Counted from the stretch's first letter, positions 1 to 9,586 are shown. The stretch: DNA of 64,000 bases from Candidatus Binatia bacterium (GCA_038245295.1 JBBRSP010000008.1:160001-224000); one strand, 5' to 3'. Numbers and translations: made by a program. Notes: generated from the sequence alone by a model not told the origin.

Positions 1-598
1 CGTCACTACCTTGCCAGCCGAGGGACAGCAGACGGTAGAACGTTTGTCGCCACCCGGTCGCGGCATCGCGCGCTGCTGCGACGTCGGGAATGAGACCCAT
101 GAGCAGAAAGACCCAACTCACGATCAAGTAGGTGGAAACGGCGAAGGCGTCCCACACCAGAGGAGAACGGAAGTTGGGCTGCAGCCAGCGCTCGTTGGGA
201 TACGGCATCAGCCAGTAGAAGAACCACGAACGGCCCAGATGGATGAGCGGGAAGAGGCCGGCCGTCAACACCGCAAAGCCAGTCATGGTTTCCGCGGCGC
301 GGTACACCGGTGTGCGCCAGCGCGTACGGAACAGTAACAGGATAGCCGAAATCAACGTGCCCGAGTGCGCGATCCCTACCCAAAACACGAAGTTGGTGAT
401 GTAGATCGCCCACATGTTCGGCTGGCGCAGGCCGGTGACGCCGAGACCGGCGTAGATCTGGTACGTCCAAGTCGTGATTCCTATGGCGACGACCGCTGCG
501 AGAAAGCCCACCCAGAGCCAGTACGTGCGGCCGGGAGGCTTCAATGTCTGCAGCACCCAGCGGTTGACATCGCCGTATCGCAGCTCATCCGTCGCCAT
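1..598 (-). CDS. actC: NrfD/PsrC-family membrane subunit (ActC-like), copy 1; 3' end runs off the window
   Basis: Not in the ORF track. Read manually from the ATG at 598: MATDELRYGDV...[29 protein letters not shown]...AETMT...HLGRSW...PNFRSPLVWD, matching the ActC at 56453 motif for motif. Directly follows the ActB-like stop. Confidence 0.92.
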   Translation of the reverse strand, partial: MATDELRYGDVNRWVLQTLKPPGRTYWLWVGFLAAVVAIGITTWTYQIYAGLGVTGLRQPNMWAIYITNFVFWVGIAHSGTLISAILLLFRTRWRTPVYRAAETMTGFAVLTAGLFPLIHLGRSWFFYWLMPYPNERWLQPNFRSPLVWDAFAVSTYLIVSWVFLLMGLIPDVAAARDAATGWRQTFYRLLSLGWQGSD

Positions 599-600
599 GC

Positions 601-3498
601 TCACGACTCCTCCCGCCGTCGGTAGATGTCGCGTAGGTATACGATGGCCGGTTGCGTGTTCAGGTCTTCCAGTGCCCGGTAGCCACGCAGGCCGTTGTCG
701 GCACGGCGCTGCATCATCGCGCTATCGGTATCCTTCATGTCGCCGAACGTGATGGCCTGTGCTGGACATGCCTGCGCGCACGCCGGTACGATCTCCCCGT
801 CGCGCACCGGACGGCCGTCGGCCTTGGCGTCCATCTCCGTGGCACGGATACGCTGAATGCAGAACGTACATTTCTCCATGACGCCGGCGCCGCGTGCCGT
901 CACGTCCGGATTGAGCTGCAAGTGCGACGGCGCCGGCCATTCGGGCTTGAACCAGTTGAAGCGGCGTACCTTGTACGGGCAGTTGTTGTTGCAATAGCGG
1001 GTGCCGATGCAGCGGTTGTACACCTGCGCGTTTAACCCCTCGTCGGTGTGCGACGACGCGTAAACCGGGCAGACAGACTCGCACGGTGCATGATCGCACT
1101 GCTGGCAGAGCATCGGCATCATGTAGAGTTGTGGCGCATCTGGTTCCGTGGGAACGAAACGCTCGATGCGAATCCACGACATGATGTGCCCGCGCGCCAC
1201 CTCTTGCTTGCCGACCACGGGCACGTTGTTCTCCGCGTAGCAGGCGGCGACGCAGGCACTGCAGCCGGTGCAGGTGTTGAGATCGATGGTCATCCCCCAC
1301 TGATGATTGGGATACAGGTGCTTGGCGCGCATCTCATACGGCTCCGGCACTTGCGGACCGTGCTCAGGCGGCGCGACGCCGCGTCGCAAGTCGTCGAGGC
1401 TGATCGCCTCGACGATCGGTCGTCCGAGCATGTTGGGCAAACCGAGGGGGCCAACCAGGGTCCGTTGCCCGCCGGTCTTGCGGACTTCCACTTCAACGAC
1501 ATGCGTACCGAACGGCAGCACCTGCCATGGATTGGCGCCACGATCCGCGGCGTAACGGCCATATGCACTGTGGCCCTGACCGAAGGGGACGCTCAGCGTA
1601 TCAGCTTGCACGTGCGCGCTGAGATGCGCCGGCACTTCGATGCGAGCCTGCGAAGAACGAATCTCCAGGATGTCCCCTTCGGCAACGCCGAGATGTTGCG
1701 CGGTCGTCGGGTGAATGTCCGCCCAGGTGTCCCACACCAACTGCGCCACCGGCTCCGGGATTTCCTGCAGCCACGGCTTGTCGGCGCCGCGGCCGTCGTA
1801 GAGAAAGATGTGGGGAAAAGCGGCGAGCGTCAGGCCGGAGCGTTCGTTTGGCAGATCGAGCGCTGCGGCCAACGCCTCGGAACGCAGCGCGACCGTCGCC
1901 ACGGGTGCGGGAGTGAAGACGCCGCCCGTCTCACGCGCCTGGCGCCAGAAGTCATCAAAGCTCCTGGCTTCACGTTTCTGCGTGTGCAGTTCCCGCCATG
2001 TCGTCTCGACAGCGGCCTGCGTATTCTCCGACGACAGCGCGTCGGCGGAAACACCGGCAGCATGTACGGACGCCAGCAGGATGTCACCGAGTGGCAGCGT
2101 CGGAAACACCGGCTGCATCGCTGGCTGGCCTAGCAGGGTCACGCCGGCGCGAGGCGCGGCGTCGCTCCAAGTTTCAAGTGAGTGATGGCACGGCAAGAGC
2201 AGGTGTGCGAGTGCGGCAGTCTCGTCCGGAACACCGTCGGACCAGACGACGAAGGGCACCCGGCTGACCGCATCGTTGAAGCCGGGCAACGTGAACGCCG
2301 GATTTGCGCCGTGAACGACGAGCACGTCGATGGCCCCCCTGCGCATGTCATCCAAAAGGGCTTTAACCATTTCATGTCGACTCGATGGTGCGGGCGGTGC
2401 GCCGTCCAGGAACCGCACCGTCTTGCCGAGATTGCCGGTGGCGGCGTTCAGGATTGAGGTCACCACGTGCGTCGCCCCATCCGCCGTCCCGGCCAGTGCC
2501 ACCGCGCCGGTTGCTCTTCCAAACGACTCCGCCATGCTGTGGATCCTCGCGGCGGGCACACCCGTCCGTTGCGACACCGCGGCGGGCTCGTACCCGTCAG
2601 TGAAGTGTTTCAAGCGATCGGTATCGATATCCGCTCTTGCAAGACCGCCATGTGCGACCGCGTGTAATACCCCAAGCGCGACGAGGGCCTCGGCGCCGGG
2701 GCGCACGGATATCCACTCATCGCACTTGGCCGCCGTGAGACCGAAACGTGGCCCGACGTAAACGGCATGCCCCAGCATGATGCCATTGCTGCCGAGGCGA
2801 GGCTTGCGAAAGGCCGCGTACTGGCGCGTCAGCTCAACCGGCGAGCGCCACGTCTCCAGAAAGTCGGCACCGAACGACAGCACGACCTCCGCTGCATCGA
2901 GTTGATAGACCGGCAGGTCGCCGCGGCCGAAGCACAGCTCCGCGGCGGCCCGCGCGGCATCTTCGTCAAGCGCTTCATAGTGCAAGCGGCGGTTTGATCC
3001 CCACACCTGCAGCCAGCGCTCAACGATCCGATCGAGTGTCGGGCCTGACGAGGGACCGATGAAAGCCACCCGGTTTGTGCCGGCCGCAGCGGCGGCGTGC
3101 AGGCGCTGCGCAAGCGTCTGCAGACCGACCTCCCACGTGATTGGCGAGAGCGCGCCATCGCTGCCGCGCTGCTGTGGGGTCACCAGGCGGTCAGGATTGT
3201 AAAGTCCTTGCAATGCGGCTTGCCCACGGGCGCACAATGCTCCGGCACTGATCGGGTCCTGTGGATTGCCTTCCAGCTTGATGACCCGTCCTTCACGGAC
3301 ACGCGCCACGACGCCGCATCCGGCTGGGCACTCCCTGCACATGGTGGCGTAGAAGTTAGGGACGCCCGGGATGATGTTCTCGTCGGGAATGACGTAGGGC
3401 ATCAGCTCTCGCGTCGGCGGCTCCGTGCAGCCGGTAGCCGCCGCACTGGTCACCGCCACAATTTTCAAGAACGATCGTCTGGATAGTTCGCCCGGCAT
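601..3498 (-). CDS. actB: ActB-like molybdopterin-oxidoreductase-fold/iron-sulfur fusion subunit, copy 1
   Basis: Tat motif SRRSFLK and lipobox-like ATGC. N-terminal CRECPAGC...C motif. C-terminal ferredoxin motifs CTGCSAC, CQQC..PC..VCP, CIGTRYC..NCPY and EKCTFC. Confidence 0.92.
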   Translation of the reverse strand: MPGELSRRSFLKIVAVTSAAATGCTEPPTRELMPYVIPDENIIPGVPNFYATMCRECPAGCGVVARVREGRVIKLEGNPQDPISAGALCARGQAALQGLYNPDRLVTPQQRGSDGALSPITWEVGLQTLAQRLHAAAAAGTNRVAFIGPSSGPTLDRIVERWLQVWGSNRRLHYEALDEDAARAAAELCFGRGDLPVYQLDAAEVVLSFGADFLETWRSPVELTRQYAAFRKPRLGSNGIMLGHAVYVGPRFGLTAAKCDEWISVRPGAEALVALGVLHAVAHGGLARADIDTDRLKHFTDGYEPAAVSQRTGVPAARIHSMAESFGRATGAVALAGTADGATHVVTSILNAATGNLGKTVRFLDGAPPAPSSRHEMVKALLDDMRRGAIDVLVVHGANPAFTLPGFNDAVSRVPFVVWSDGVPDETAALAHLLLPCHHSLETWSDAAPRAGVTLLGQPAMQPVFPTLPLGDILLASVHAAGVSADALSSENTQAAVETTWRELHTQKREARSFDDFWRQARETGGVFTPAPVATVALRSEALAAALDLPNERSGLTLAAFPHIFLYDGRGADKPWLQEIPEPVAQLVWDTWADIHPTTAQHLGVAEGDILEIRSSQARIEVPAHLSAHVQADTLSVPFGQGHSAYGRYAADRGANPWQVLPFGTHVVEVEVRKTGGQRTLVGPLGLPNMLGRPIVEAISLDDLRRGVAPPEHGPQVPEPYEMRAKHLYPNHQWGMTIDLNTCTGCSACVAACYAENNVPVVGKQEVARGHIMSWIRIERFVPTEPDAPQLYMMPMLCQQCDHAPCESVCPVYASSHTDEGLNAQVYNRCIGTRYCNNNCPYKVRRFNWFKPEWPAPSHLQLNPDVTARGAGVMEKCTFCIQRIRATEMDAKADGRPVRDGEIVPACAQACPAQAITFGDMKDTDSAMMQRRADNGLRGYRALEDLNTQPAIVYLRDIYRRREES

Positions 3499-3508
3499 GC
3501 GTACCTCA

Positions 3509-4027
3509 TCAATAGTGACAGATCGAACAGTCCTTGCTCACGTGGCGCTCGGTGTGACACGAGATGCAAAAGCCCATGTTGATGTCGTGGACGGGGACGA
3601 CGCGGTCCATCGTCTCCACCGGCCCGTGACACTCCTGGCACGCGACACCGGCGAGGATGTGCGGCCGATGTGCGAAGCGTACGAAGTCGGGCAGCGTGTA
3701 AACGCGGTTCCACACGATCTCGCCTGGTGGCTGCTTCGTATCGGTCCACGGCTGGGTCACGGCCGCGAGCACCGGCTGCTCACCACCCACCTTCATGTGG
3801 CAACCGAGACAGCGCTGCACAGATGGCACCCCGGCCGTCTGTGATCGGCGTGCGGACGCATGGCAATACTGGCAAGGAATCTTGCGTACCCCGGCATGGA
3901 CTCGATGGCTGAACGGGATCGGCTGAACGACGTCGCGGCTTGGCGACCACGGATGCTGGGAAAACATCGCCACCCCAGCCCCTACCAGAAACAGGAACAG
4001 CGTGATCGACAGGACGACGCGATTCAC
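3509..4027 (-). CDS. actA: Pentaheme cytochrome c (ActA-like), copy 1
   Basis: Five CxxCH motifs (CQYCH, CLGCH, CQECH, CISCH, CSICH), QPIPFSH and LPDFVRF, N-terminal TM helix. The GTG start at 4027 overlaps the upstream TGA (GTGA). Confidence 0.9.
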   Translation of the reverse strand: MNRVVLSITLFLFLVGAGVAMFSQHPWSPSRDVVQPIPFSHRVHAGVRKIPCQYCHASARRSQTAGVPSVQRCLGCHMKVGGEQPVLAAVTQPWTDTKQPPGEIVWNRVYTLPDFVRFAHRPHILAGVACQECHGPVETMDRVVPVHDINMGFCISCHTERHVSKDCSICHY

Positions 4028-4521
4028 GGCGGCGTCTTTTGGGCCGCCGTGGGCGGACAATCAGGGTGCAAAAGCATCTGCGCGCTCGACGCGGCGTCGA
4101 GCCGCACGCCATCCGCAGTCTTGCCATTGGAATGCAACGTGTACGCCAGAACGTTCCAGTACTGCGCGCTCTCGAGGCTCGCCGGTTGATCGGCGGGCAT
4201 GGTCGCCGAAACATAGTCGTAGACGTCCTTGACCGTGCCGAAGTCATGTTGCCGGATCTTCTGGAAGAGACGCGGTTTGCAGGGGAGTGCACTGGGGCCG
4301 ATCAACTCTGGCGCTCGAAGGCCCTTGAACGAGTCGTCTTTGCCTTCGCCGTGATCTCCGTGGCAGCGGGCGCATTGGTGCTTGTAGATGTTCTCACCGC
4401 CGCGCGCCTGGTTGTCGGTGAACGCCCACACGTTGTTGGTTGTGGCGAACAGGATCACACTGGCGGTAACCACTACGCGTGCGCCGTATTGTTGGAGAGG
4501 TGAATGGCCTGAACCTCCCAT
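4024..4521 (-). CDS. Periplasmic monoheme cytochrome c
   Basis: Signal-like hydrophobic N-terminus, single CARCH, downstream TMP (Met ligand). Start uncertain; ATG 4521 chosen. Confidence 0.85.
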   Translation of the reverse strand: MGGSGHSPLQQYGARVVVTASVILFATTNNVWAFTDNQARGGENIYKHQCARCHGDHGEGKDDSFKGLRAPELIGPSALPCKPRLFQKIRQHDFGTVKDVYDYVSATMPADQPASLESAQYWNVLAYTLHSNGKTADGVRLDAASSAQMLLHPDCPPTAAQKTPP

Positions 4522-4606
4522 CGGAGACCGTCCGCCACAATTGTCGAACACTGGGGCCCTCATCGAATGAGGGTTGCACGTCTCTGGATCGGTGCGAGTC
4601 CGCTTC

Positions 4607-4622
4607 TTTGCGCTGGCGCAAA
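4607..4622. promoter_or_regulatory. Putative Crp/Fnr (NnrR-type) binding palindrome TTTGCG-CTGG-CGCAAA
   Basis: Perfect 6-bp arms with a 4-nt spacer, about 90 bp upstream of the cytochrome/ACIII-like operon. The same 15-mer recurs at 13426. Confidence 0.7.
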
Positions 4623-4718
4623 CAAGCACCTCCACTGACCGGGCGAGCGGTCTCCAAAGTGAGCAACACCGGAACGCGCCCGGTGCAGCGAACCGAAGTC
4701 GCTCGCGCAGCGCCGCGA

Positions 4719-5489
4719 CTAATTCCGTGCCGCGTCGCATACCGGCCACTCCGTGCGGCTTCCCGGATCATCGGCAATAGCCGACAGCCCCTGAGCGTGC
4801 AGGATAGTCACTCGCTGGCGCCCAATGTCGACGAGTCCATGGCGTTTCCAAGCGCGCAAAACTCGGCAGACCGTGTATAGCGTCGTGCCGGTCATCTCGG
4901 CCAGATCCTGATGCGAGAGGGGCATGTCGATCAACAGGCCCGCTTCCGTCTTCCAACCCGCCTCCGTCGCCAGACGCATCAGCGCGTGCGCTACCCGGCG
5001 CCCTACGGGCTCCGTGGCCAGCTCGCGATAGCAGTGCTGTAGCTCTCGCATCCGCCTGCTCTGCGCGTACAGTAGGTTGATGGGAATCTGAGGAAACGAG
5101 ATCATGAGCTCGTGCATTGTCTTCCCACTCCAGACGAACGCTTGACACCAACGCACAGTCTGAGCGGACACTGGATGTACTTGATCTTCTGCAAACGGCG
5201 TCGCGCCGAACAACTCTCCGGGGCCGACGAATTGCAGCAGCACCCGATGGCGCTGCGGAGTCGTCTCGGAAAGTTTCAGCCGCCCTCGGTTCAACACGAA
5301 CACTTCGTCAGCCGCCGAGCCCTGCTCAAAGAAGAAGGCTCCGGTGTCGACCTCGCGCAGTTGCGCGGCGTCGGCGACGGCGGCGAGCTCATTCGGCTTG
5401 AGATTGCGAGCCAGTCCGGTTACGCGAAGGAGAGCGATAGCGTGAGAGGTCTCAATCATGTGAGGCATTCCCAGATCTTTTGTTCCCAT
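4719..5489 (-). CDS. Crp/Fnr family transcriptional regulator (NnrR-like)
   Basis: cNMP-binding-like domain (FFEQG..A..VFVL..GRLKL; PGELFG) and HTH LSHQDLAEMTGTTLYTVCRVL. No FNR Cys cluster, and Y replaces the E of the FNR ExxSR motif. Confidence 0.9.
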   Translation of the reverse strand: MGTKDLGMPHMIETSHAIALLRVTGLARNLKPNELAAVADAAQLREVDTGAFFFEQGSAADEVFVLNRGRLKLSETTPQRHRVLLQFVGPGELFGATPFAEDQVHPVSAQTVRWCQAFVWSGKTMHELMISFPQIPINLLYAQSRRMRELQHCYRELATEPVGRRVAHALMRLATEAGWKTEAGLLIDMPLSHQDLAEMTGTTLYTVCRVLRAWKRHGLVDIGRQRVTILHAQGLSAIADDPGSRTEWPVCDAARN

Positions 5490-5604
5490 ACGTCACCCGT
5501 AAATTCAAGAAAGGCTTCCGATCGTCAGATTTCCTTTGCGCGACCTCCGCAACGAATTGGCTTGCCCTGCTGCAGGAGGACAAACGTCGATCCCGCCACA
5601 ACAC

Positions 5605-6036
5605 TCAGTTGAGAAGGGTGGCGTCGAGGGTAATGTCGGCCTTAAGAAGCTTGGAAACCGGACAGCCTACTTTGGCCATTGCAGTGAGCTTTTCGAACGT
5701 TGCCTGATCAGCGCCCGGAATTCTGGCCTTCAAAGTCAGATGCACGGCGGTTATCGAATACCCCTCACTGACCTCCTCGAGTGTCACCTGCGCCGAAGTG
5801 TCCAGATGCTCGGCCGTGAGCTTAGCTTCGCTGAGAGCCAAGGTGAGCGCCATCGTGAAGCAGCTAGCGTGGGCGGCGGCGATCAGCTCCTCAGGATTGC
5901 TGCCTCGCTGGCCCTCGAAACGGCTGGCAAAACCATAGGGATAGCCTTTCAGCGCGCCACTCTCCGTGGAAATCGTGCCCTTGCCGTCCTTGGTTCCACC
6001 CTGCCAGGCAGCCGACCCTTTTCTCTTAATCTTCAT
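5605..6036 (-). CDS. osmC: OsmC family peroxiredoxin
   Basis: WQGG.K.GKG.IST.SG, SRFEG..GSNPEELIAAAHASCFTMAL and CPVSK motifs. Confidence 0.93.
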   Translation of the reverse strand: MKIKRKGSAAWQGGTKDGKGTISTESGALKGYPYGFASRFEGQRGSNPEELIAAAHASCFTMALTLALSEAKLTAEHLDTSAQVTLEEVSEGYSITAVHLTLKARIPGADQATFEKLTAMAKVGCPVSKLLKADITLDATLLN

Positions 6037-6129
6037 CTCTGTTCTCCTTCGCTGCGGGGGGTCGTTTCCGATCCGCCTTCTGATTAATCGAGTCGTCCCC
6101 GCGGGGATCGCGATTGGTCCAAACCGTTG

Positions 6130-6492
6130 TCATTCGACGTGCAACGTTCCCTTCATCGTCTTGTGCAACGTGCAGGAATAGGGAAACACCCCAGCTCTTT
6201 TGGTTGTGTATTCCCAGGACTTGTTAGGCGCGATGCTTTCCGAGTCGAAGGCGCCGGCGACCGCGGTCGCAGTGTGAGGGAACGGGTCGTTGTTGATCCA
6301 TATCACCGTGTCGCCCGCTCGTACGGTGAGAGTCTCTGGCTCGAACCGGGTGCCGTCGATGAGTACGGTGTGCGTCGCGGGCGCGGCGTCCGCCGCAAAG
6401 CCGGTGCCGGCGGCGCCTGCCAAAACGACCGCTATGACAAGTACAGCGGCGATTCGATACTGCGTGCGAACGATCATCGAAGTGCGCACCAT
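6130..6492 (-). CDS. Periplasmic cupredoxin (amicyanin/plastocyanin-like blue copper protein)
   Basis: Signal peptide, F.PETLTV..GDTV.W.N.D..PHTAT, and type-1 Cu loop YSCTLHKTMKG. Confidence 0.88.
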   Translation of the reverse strand: MVRTSMIVRTQYRIAAVLVIAVVLAGAAGTGFAADAAPATHTVLIDGTRFEPETLTVRAGDTVIWINNDPFPHTATAVAGAFDSESIAPNKSWEYTTKRAGVFPYSCTLHKTMKGTLHVE

Positions 6493-7022
6493 CAGCTCTT
6501 CTTGGCGAGCGCGGCCTGCATCTGCTTGGCATGCTCGAGATGCGCGACAAAGGCCGGCCGGACCTTTACGAGGAGTGCCTTCAGTTCCTCGTTCGTAGCG
6601 CTCGGGATCAATGTCTTGTCGAGCGCGTCGATCACGGCCTGATGATACGCAACCTCGTTGTCGACATAGGCCCTATCGAACGCAGCGCCTTTGAGACCCT
6701 TGAGCTTCTTCACGTTCGCTTCGCCGCCCGCCTTGAGGCTTGCGCTGGTAGGGTTGTCCTCCGGCTTGACCATGAGCTTCTTCACCAACGCGGTCGCCGA
6801 TTGGTTGACACCGGTGTGGTCGGTAATCATCTGCCGCGCGAAGGCCCTGACTTCCTTGTCGGATGCCTTGGTCTTGGCGAGCTTGCCAGCGTCGATATCG
6901 ACTTGATTCGCCGTAACAACAATCGATGCGATTTGCGCGTCGTTGGGCGCGGCCTCCTGTGCGACTGCGACGGCTGATACAAAGACCAGAGTACTCACGA
7001 AAGCGATGGTTGTAGTTTTCAT
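6492..7022 (-). CDS. DUF4142 family exported protein
   Basis: Signal peptide, NDAQIASIVVTANQVDIDAGKLA, FARQMITDH, FDRAYVDNEVAYH, HLEHA. RBS GGAGG upstream. Confidence 0.88.
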   Translation of the reverse strand: MKTTTIAFVSTLVFVSAVAVAQEAAPNDAQIASIVVTANQVDIDAGKLAKTKASDKEVRAFARQMITDHTGVNQSATALVKKLMVKPEDNPTSASLKAGGEANVKKLKGLKGAAFDRAYVDNEVAYHQAVIDALDKTLIPSATNEELKALLVKVRPAFVAHLEHAKQMQAALAKKS

Positions 7023-7182
7023 AGTTCGATCCTCCTAGTTGGTTGAGTTACGTCCGACAGTAATACGCCGCAGACCTGCGCGCGTGATGTCCACTTGTGT
7101 GACCATGCCGGCCGCACGGTCCGCGCCTTCTCTGTTCTCGTCTAACTTCGTCGATCGTGATTCCTGAGCCACCGAACGCCCT

Positions 7183-8220
7183 TCAGAGCTTTGGCTCACC
7201 ACAGACCGGACTTATCCCTCCGTCCTCCGCGTGCCATTCGGCGGGAGTGCTAGCAGCCGTGTCGGACTTGGCACTCTGCAGCGACCAACCCTGTCCTGAG
7301 CCACGTGGACGGAGGAATCGATCCATAGAAGACACGCTGGCCGCAGGCCCTAGCGCAGCCACGGTGCGCATCACCGACTCCGGGGTCCCCCAATCACTCC
7401 AGCCCGTGCCGCCGGCCTCCACAACCACCAGGTGCTCGGGGATATGGCAGAGAAAGTCTCGGCTGAAGTTCCAGGGTAGTAGATCGCCATACGCCTTCGC
7501 AGTGGCGGTTGCGTCGCCCAGAACACCGTCGAAACGAGCCACCGGGTCCGGAAGACGTTCGCGCAGCAGCTCGAGCATCCGAGATACGCCAAAGACCATG
7601 ACGAATGAGTTCCACATGGCACCCTGGCTCACCAAACGGCGCGCCATCTCCGCTGAAGGTTTCTCTTGAAAGGCCGCCACATGAAAGGCCGGGGCAACGC
7701 TACCAAGCGCCAGCGGGCCGGCCGGCAGCACGTACCCGTAACCGGGCTCGGCACGGTCCGGGGGAATGCCGACTAGGGCGATCTTGTGGGGCAGCTGCGC
7801 AACGATCTCCACCGCGCGGTTGACGTGGGCAAGGAATGCACCCGCGTCACCGACGTAGTGGTCACTCGGGAAGACCGCCAGGACCGCCTCCGGGTCCCGG
7901 CGGACAACGTATCGCAGGCTCAGCAGCAGGCCCGGACCTGTATCGCGGTTTGCTGGTTGGACGATTACGTTTTGGTCCGGAATGGATTCAAGCTGGGGCA
8001 AGGCCAAGGGGAGATGATCCTTGTTGATGATGACGGCCGTGCGCTGAGCCGCGGTGAACCCCTGGATCCGACTCAGTGTCGCTTGCAACAGCGAGCGGCC
8101 ACCGGTGATACTGCAATACTGCTTCGGAATCGGCCTGCCCGAAATCGCCCGGGTCAACGCCTGCAGCCTCTTTCCGTCGCCGCCCGCGAGAATTAACGCC
8201 CAACGCCGCTTCGTTTTCAT
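7183..8220 (-). CDS. Sugar-phosphate nucleotidyltransferase (mannose-1-phosphate guanylyltransferase-like)
   Basis: ILAGGDGKRL...PKQY, QPANRDTGPG, FPSDH, GYGY, FQEKP and GWSDWGTP. The ATG at 8220 overlaps the upstream stop (ATGA). Confidence 0.88.
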   Translation of the reverse strand: MKTKRRWALILAGGDGKRLQALTRAISGRPIPKQYCSITGGRSLLQATLSRIQGFTAAQRTAVIINKDHLPLALPQLESIPDQNVIVQPANRDTGPGLLLSLRYVVRRDPEAVLAVFPSDHYVGDAGAFLAHVNRAVEIVAQLPHKIALVGIPPDRAEPGYGYVLPAGPLALGSVAPAFHVAAFQEKPSAEMARRLVSQGAMWNSFVMVFGVSRMLELLRERLPDPVARFDGVLGDATATAKAYGDLLPWNFSRDFLCHIPEHLVVVEAGGTGWSDWGTPESVMRTVAALGPAASVSSMDRFLRPRGSGQGWSLQSAKSDTAASTPAEWHAEDGGISPVCGEPKL

Positions 8221-8669
8221 TGGCTCACCCGCTGTGGTACGTGATTGTCGCGCATCGAGAGGAATCGGTTCGCGACAGAGCGTGGGGGGCTCGCAGAGCT
8301 GGGGGTCGGAAGCGAGACGCACCGGAATGAGCGACTGACTAGATCGCGGGCGAGCTGCTTTTCGTACCATCGCTGCAGGCCGCTGCGTACGTATGTCGGC
8401 TCGAGCCCGAGGATCGCGCAGACATGCTCGTACGAGAATGGCTCCTCATTCTCGCTCATCAGCCACGATTCCGCCTCCCTGAAGAGCCGCCGATTCCGGT
8501 TGCGGCTGGCAAAGATGTACGTCTGGAAGCAATTGATCGCGTCTTCGAGGATTGCCAGGACGAGGCGGCGTTCGCCTTGCGCCGGTGGGTGTCTGCGTAG
8601 TGCGAAGAATTGGGTTGGGAGAATCAAGTCGGGTTGCGGTACCATGTACTTCTCTTCCCCATCGATCAT
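8217..8669 (-). CDS. Hypothetical protein
   Basis: Protein-like composition (ERRLVLAILEDAINCFQ...EAESWL....PFSYEHVCAILGL) and translational coupling to the downstream gene. Start uncertain. Confidence 0.7.
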   Translation of the reverse strand: MIDGEEKYMVPQPDLILPTQFFALRRHPPAQGERRLVLAILEDAINCFQTYIFASRNRNRRLFREAESWLMSENEEPFSYEHVCAILGLEPTYVRSGLQRWYEKQLARDLVSRSFRCVSLPTPSSASPPRSVANRFLSMRDNHVPQRVSQ

Positions 8670-8806
8670 GCGAGCCACTCCTTGCGCTTGGTGTTTCTTT
8701 GCGCCTGGTGAGATCCTATGTTCCCGACACTTACCCGTAAATTTGGGAAAGCATTCCCGCGGTCGGATTTTCTTTACACGCCCGCCGTGGCACACTCAGA
8801 TGTGAG

Positions 8807-9586
8807 ATGAGCCCACAACCACCCGCGCCCACAGTCTTCGTCGTCGATGACGATGTGGCGATCCGAGAATACGTGCAGTGTTTGTGTGAATCGGTGGGTC
8901 TTGGAGCGCAAACGTACCGCAGCGCCCGCGAGTTCCTAGACGCCTATGACGGTACACGCCCGGCGTGTCTGGTTCTCGATGTCCGCATACCCGGGATGAG
9001 CGGCCTCGATCTCCAAGCGGAGCTAGCCGCTCGACACATTGCACTCCCCATCATCATGATGAGCGCCTTTGGCGAAATTCCGATGGCCGTGCGCGCGATG
9101 AAGGCGGGGGCGATTGACTTCCTGCAAAAGCCGTTCGACGGGCAAGCCCTGCTCGATCGTATCGACGAGATGATTGGAGCGGATCGTTACGCGTGCCAGT
9201 TGGAGACGAAGCTCACGACTGCGGCCAAGGAACTGACACGCCTGACACCACGGCAACGGCAAGTGCTGGACGGGTTACTTGCCGGGAAGCGCAACAAGAT
9301 CATCGCCGACGAACTGAGCATCAGTCCGAAAACTGTCGATGTCCACCGCTTCCGTATCATGCAAAGGGTAGGGGCGGAGTCACTCTCTGATCTCATCCGG
9401 CTCGCGCTCTCGGCGCCGCATCAGGTAACTCCATCTGGACAACCCCCGCTCATGCCGTCGGTTTCTGTTGCACCAAACCGGCCACCACTGCCACCAGATG
9501 AGCGGCGTCGGGGGGTTTCGGGAGGTGCGCCGCGAAGCCTGCGGCGAGTGCACGTTCGCGATCGCCTGCCTCAGCGTAAGCCGTGA
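8807..9586 (+). CDS. FixJ/LuxR-type response regulator
   Basis: REC domain (VVDDD, LVLDVRIPGMSG, KP) and LuxR HTH (LTPRQRQVL..L..GKRNK.IA.EL.ISPKTVDVHR). The C-terminal tail overlaps the convergent kinase gene. Confidence 0.9.
   Translation: MSPQPPAPTVFVVDDDVAIREYVQCLCESVGLGAQTYRSAREFLDAYDGTRPACLVLDVRIPGMSGLDLQAELAARHIALPIIMMSAFGEIPMAVRAMKAGAIDFLQKPFDGQALLDRIDEMIGADRYACQLETKLTTAAKELTRLTPRQRQVLDGLLAGKRNKIIADELSISPKTVDVHRFRIMQRVGAESLSDLIRLALSAPHQVTPSGQPPLMPSVSVAPNRPPLPPDERRRGVSGGAPRSLRRVHVRDRLPQRKP

Noticed and set aside
5535..5552. TTTGCG-CGACCTC-CGCAA upstream of the Crp/Fnr gene
   Set aside because: The half-sites match the box, but the spacer is 7 nt instead of 4, so it is not called as an autoregulatory site.
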